This document shows positions 34,866 through 36,367 of a stretch of 36,367 nt of DNA, in pieces. How positions within the stretch are numbered: position 1 is the stretch's first letter; every line of letters starts with the position of its first letter. The notes below the pieces were generated by a model. That model ran no database searches, had not been told where the DNA came from, and saw only the letters and a program-made list of their open reading frames with translations. The translations under genes were made by a program, and so were the position numbers. The stretch spans positions 1-36,367 of the IMG/VR virus record IMGVR_UViG_3300025635_000079; one strand, 5' to 3'. This stretch comes from a virus (Duplodnaviria > Caudoviricetes).

Positions 34866-35090
34866 TCATGCGTCCAGCCTCCTGCCAATCCCGTGAGCGC
34901 GCTCAATGGCCCTGGCGATCAGCTTGGCGTAGTACAGGCTCTTGCAATCGTCTGAGCTGGTGGTGTCTGCTTCCCAGATGGCCTCGATCTGGTCGTCACT
35001 GAGCGGCAGCACCTCAACGGGCTCGACCACCTCGATGCCGTGTGAGAGCTCGCCGGTTGGCACCAGCCTGATGAGTCGGCCCGGGTTCAT
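34866..35090 (-). CDS. Hypothetical protein (likely start ATG 35090)
   Basis: PLSDDQI...ARAIERAHGIG motif; ATGA coupling. Confidence 0.65.
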   Translation of the reverse strand: MNPGRLIRLVPTGELSHGIEVVEPVEVLPLSDDQIEAIWEADTTSSDDCKSLYYAKLIARAIERAHGIGRRLDA

Positions 35091-35290
35091 TTCTTGAGCC
35101 CCTTGAGCCACACGGCGATGCTGGCGAGCGTGTCCTTGCCGAACGCGTGTTCAAAGTCGTGGATCAGCTTGAACGCGGCCATCTCCAAGCCGGCGTTCCA
35201 GCCCTGCTCATACAGGTTGGCTGAGTGTTTGTTGAGCTTGTCGATGTGTTCTTCAAGCAGGGCGATCTTGGCCTCGAGGTCGTTGTTCAT
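35087..35290 (-). CDS. Hypothetical protein (likely start ATG 35290, MNNDLEAK...)
   Basis: AAGGA RBS; ATGA coupling. Confidence 0.6.
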   Translation of the reverse strand: MNNDLEAKIALLEEHIDKLNKHSANLYEQGWNAGLEMAAFKLIHDFEHAFGKDTLASIAVWLKGLKK

Positions 35291-35619
35291 GCTGCAGTCC
35301 TTAGTAAATCCTTGCCGCGTTGCCACACATGCACCACGTTCCACTTGCGCGCTTGGGTGTACGTCATGGCCTGGGCGATGTTGCGGCAGTCCATCTCGCC
35401 GCACATCTGCGGCTTGTCGTTTTGAATCGTGCACCCGGTGTCGCACAGGTAGTAGCAGCCGCCAGCTGCGTTGTGCGCCAGCATGCGTGCGCCTTTGACC
35501 ATTGGGTGCGGCTCTGTTTTCCATTTGGTTGCATCCTCATGGGGCAGGATGCGCACGGCGTCGCCCATGCAGCACCGCTTGCACCCGTTGCATGGGACTG
35601 AGTTAATGACTTCATTCAT
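35287..35619 (-). CDS. YkgJ-family CxxCxxCC metal/Fe-S cluster protein (likely start ATG 35619)
   Basis: CNGCKRCC...CYYL...GCTI...KPQMC...C. Confidence 0.75.
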   Translation of the reverse strand: MNEVINSVPCNGCKRCCMGDAVRILPHEDATKWKTEPHPMVKGARMLAHNAAGGCYYLCDTGCTIQNDKPQMCGEMDCRNIAQAMTYTQARKWNVVHVWQRGKDLLRTAA

Positions 35620-36367
35620 CTGATGGCTCCGGTGTTGTGGTGCGGACGACACCGTCGGCGTGGCACTTGGCCAGGCCCTTGTTTGAAATGCTGCCGAACG
35701 CCCTGGCGTAGGCGCGCTTGGCTGTGTCCTGGACGTATTGTTTGCCACCTTTGACGGCCTCCTGGCCGAGGTAGTTGTAAAACGCGTGGCGCAGGTCCTT
35801 GTCCATGATGTTGCCGTTGGCCTGGGTGATTAGGCTCATCAGCACCTGCTCATGGGCGTTGAGCTTTTGAGCTGCAGTGGCCAGGACCTGGCCGGCGATG
35901 TCGCTGAAGTCCGCGGACAGGCTGGTGAGCTCCTCGCCGTCCTCGTCCTGGCCGAGCACGACGCGGTTGAGCTTGAACGCCTGATGCGTGAGCTTGTCTC
36001 CGTCCTTTTGCTTGATCACGTCCAGTCGGGCCATCATGCTGGTGCCCTCGGGCTTGTAGATCCCGACCATGAAATCGACGTTGGCGGTGATGGCCGATGA
36101 GCCACGCGGGCGCTCGGTGGCGTTGTGGCCAGAGTGGTGGATCACGATCACGCTGCAGTTGAACTTGGCGCGAATGCTGGCGTTGATCAGGCGCAAGTAG
36201 GCGCTGATGTCGGTGGCACTGTTCTCGTCGCCCTCGAAGGTTTGAGACAGGGTGTCGATGTAGATCAGCGTGGGCTTGGTGGGCAGGGCCTCGATGGCCG
36301 ATGCCAGGGCCTCAACGTGTTCCGAAATACTCAACACCAGGGGCGTGATGCAGACGTGAAAGTTTGG
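35612..36367 (-). CDS. Primase-helicase, C-terminal helicase part
   Basis: Walker B LIYIDTL, GDENS, VIVIHHSG and RGSSA motifs of RepA/AAA_25 helicases; continues the frame of 1-1401. Confidence 0.9.
   Translation of the reverse strand, partial: PNFHVCITPLVLSISEHVEALASAIEALPTKPTLIYIDTLSQTFEGDENSATDISAYLRLINASIRAKFNCSVIVIHHSGHNATERPRGSSAITANVDFMVGIYKPEGTSMMARLDVIKQKDGDKLTHQAFKLNRVVLGQDEDGEELTSLSADFSDIAGQVLATAAQKLNAHEQVLMSLITQANGNIMDKDLRHAFYNYLGQEAVKGGKQYVQDTAKRAYARAFGSISNKGLAKCHADGVVRTTTPEPSDE
36233..36367. repeat. Terminal direct repeat, copy 2
   Basis: Matches 1-135. Confidence 0.95.

Larger units (their letters stand above)
1..36367. mobile_element. Complete circular temperate podovirus-like bacteriophage genome (~36,232 bp unique)
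   Basis: Terminal 135-bp overlap; intact attP; integrase, repressor, replication, terminase, portal, capsid, tail, ejection and lysis genes all present; no tape measure or sheath gene recognised. Confidence 0.93.

Overview
The window is an apparently complete, circular ~36.2-kb temperate podovirus-type phage genome. Positions 1-135 repeat 36233-36367 with one mismatch, most likely an assembly overlap. The layout is lambda-like around a divergent cro/cI-like switch at ~1.7 kb. The + strand arm carries the repressor, small early genes, an AAA_24 ATPase, a DUF669 SSB, a Cas4-like nuclease, an HNH nuclease, a RuvC-like resolvase and a tyrosine integrase. It ends at an attP whose core is the 3' half of a tRNA-Asn(GTT). 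The - strand arm starts with cro and a ~673-aa primase-helicase that spans the window junction, most of it missing from the ORF track. It continues through an iteron-like origin, terminase subunits, portal, an accessory head-region block, scaffold, major capsid protein, P22/T7-like tail proteins, ejection proteins, a tail fibre with an S74 chaperone and a lysis cassette. The most notable observations are: (1) six copies of a 19-bp palindromic operator/promoter motif ahead of the major modules; (2) two strongly structured intergenic RNAs, plus competing hairpins after the capsid gene; (3) a 782-aa polymorphic-effector-like protein inserted between portal and scaffold, next to a Dps/ferritin-like gene and a repeat-protein pair; (4) a tandem pair of GNAT + ejection-protein modules; (5) a repressor with a degenerate S24 domain. 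All family assignments come from motif recognition by eye, not from database searches.
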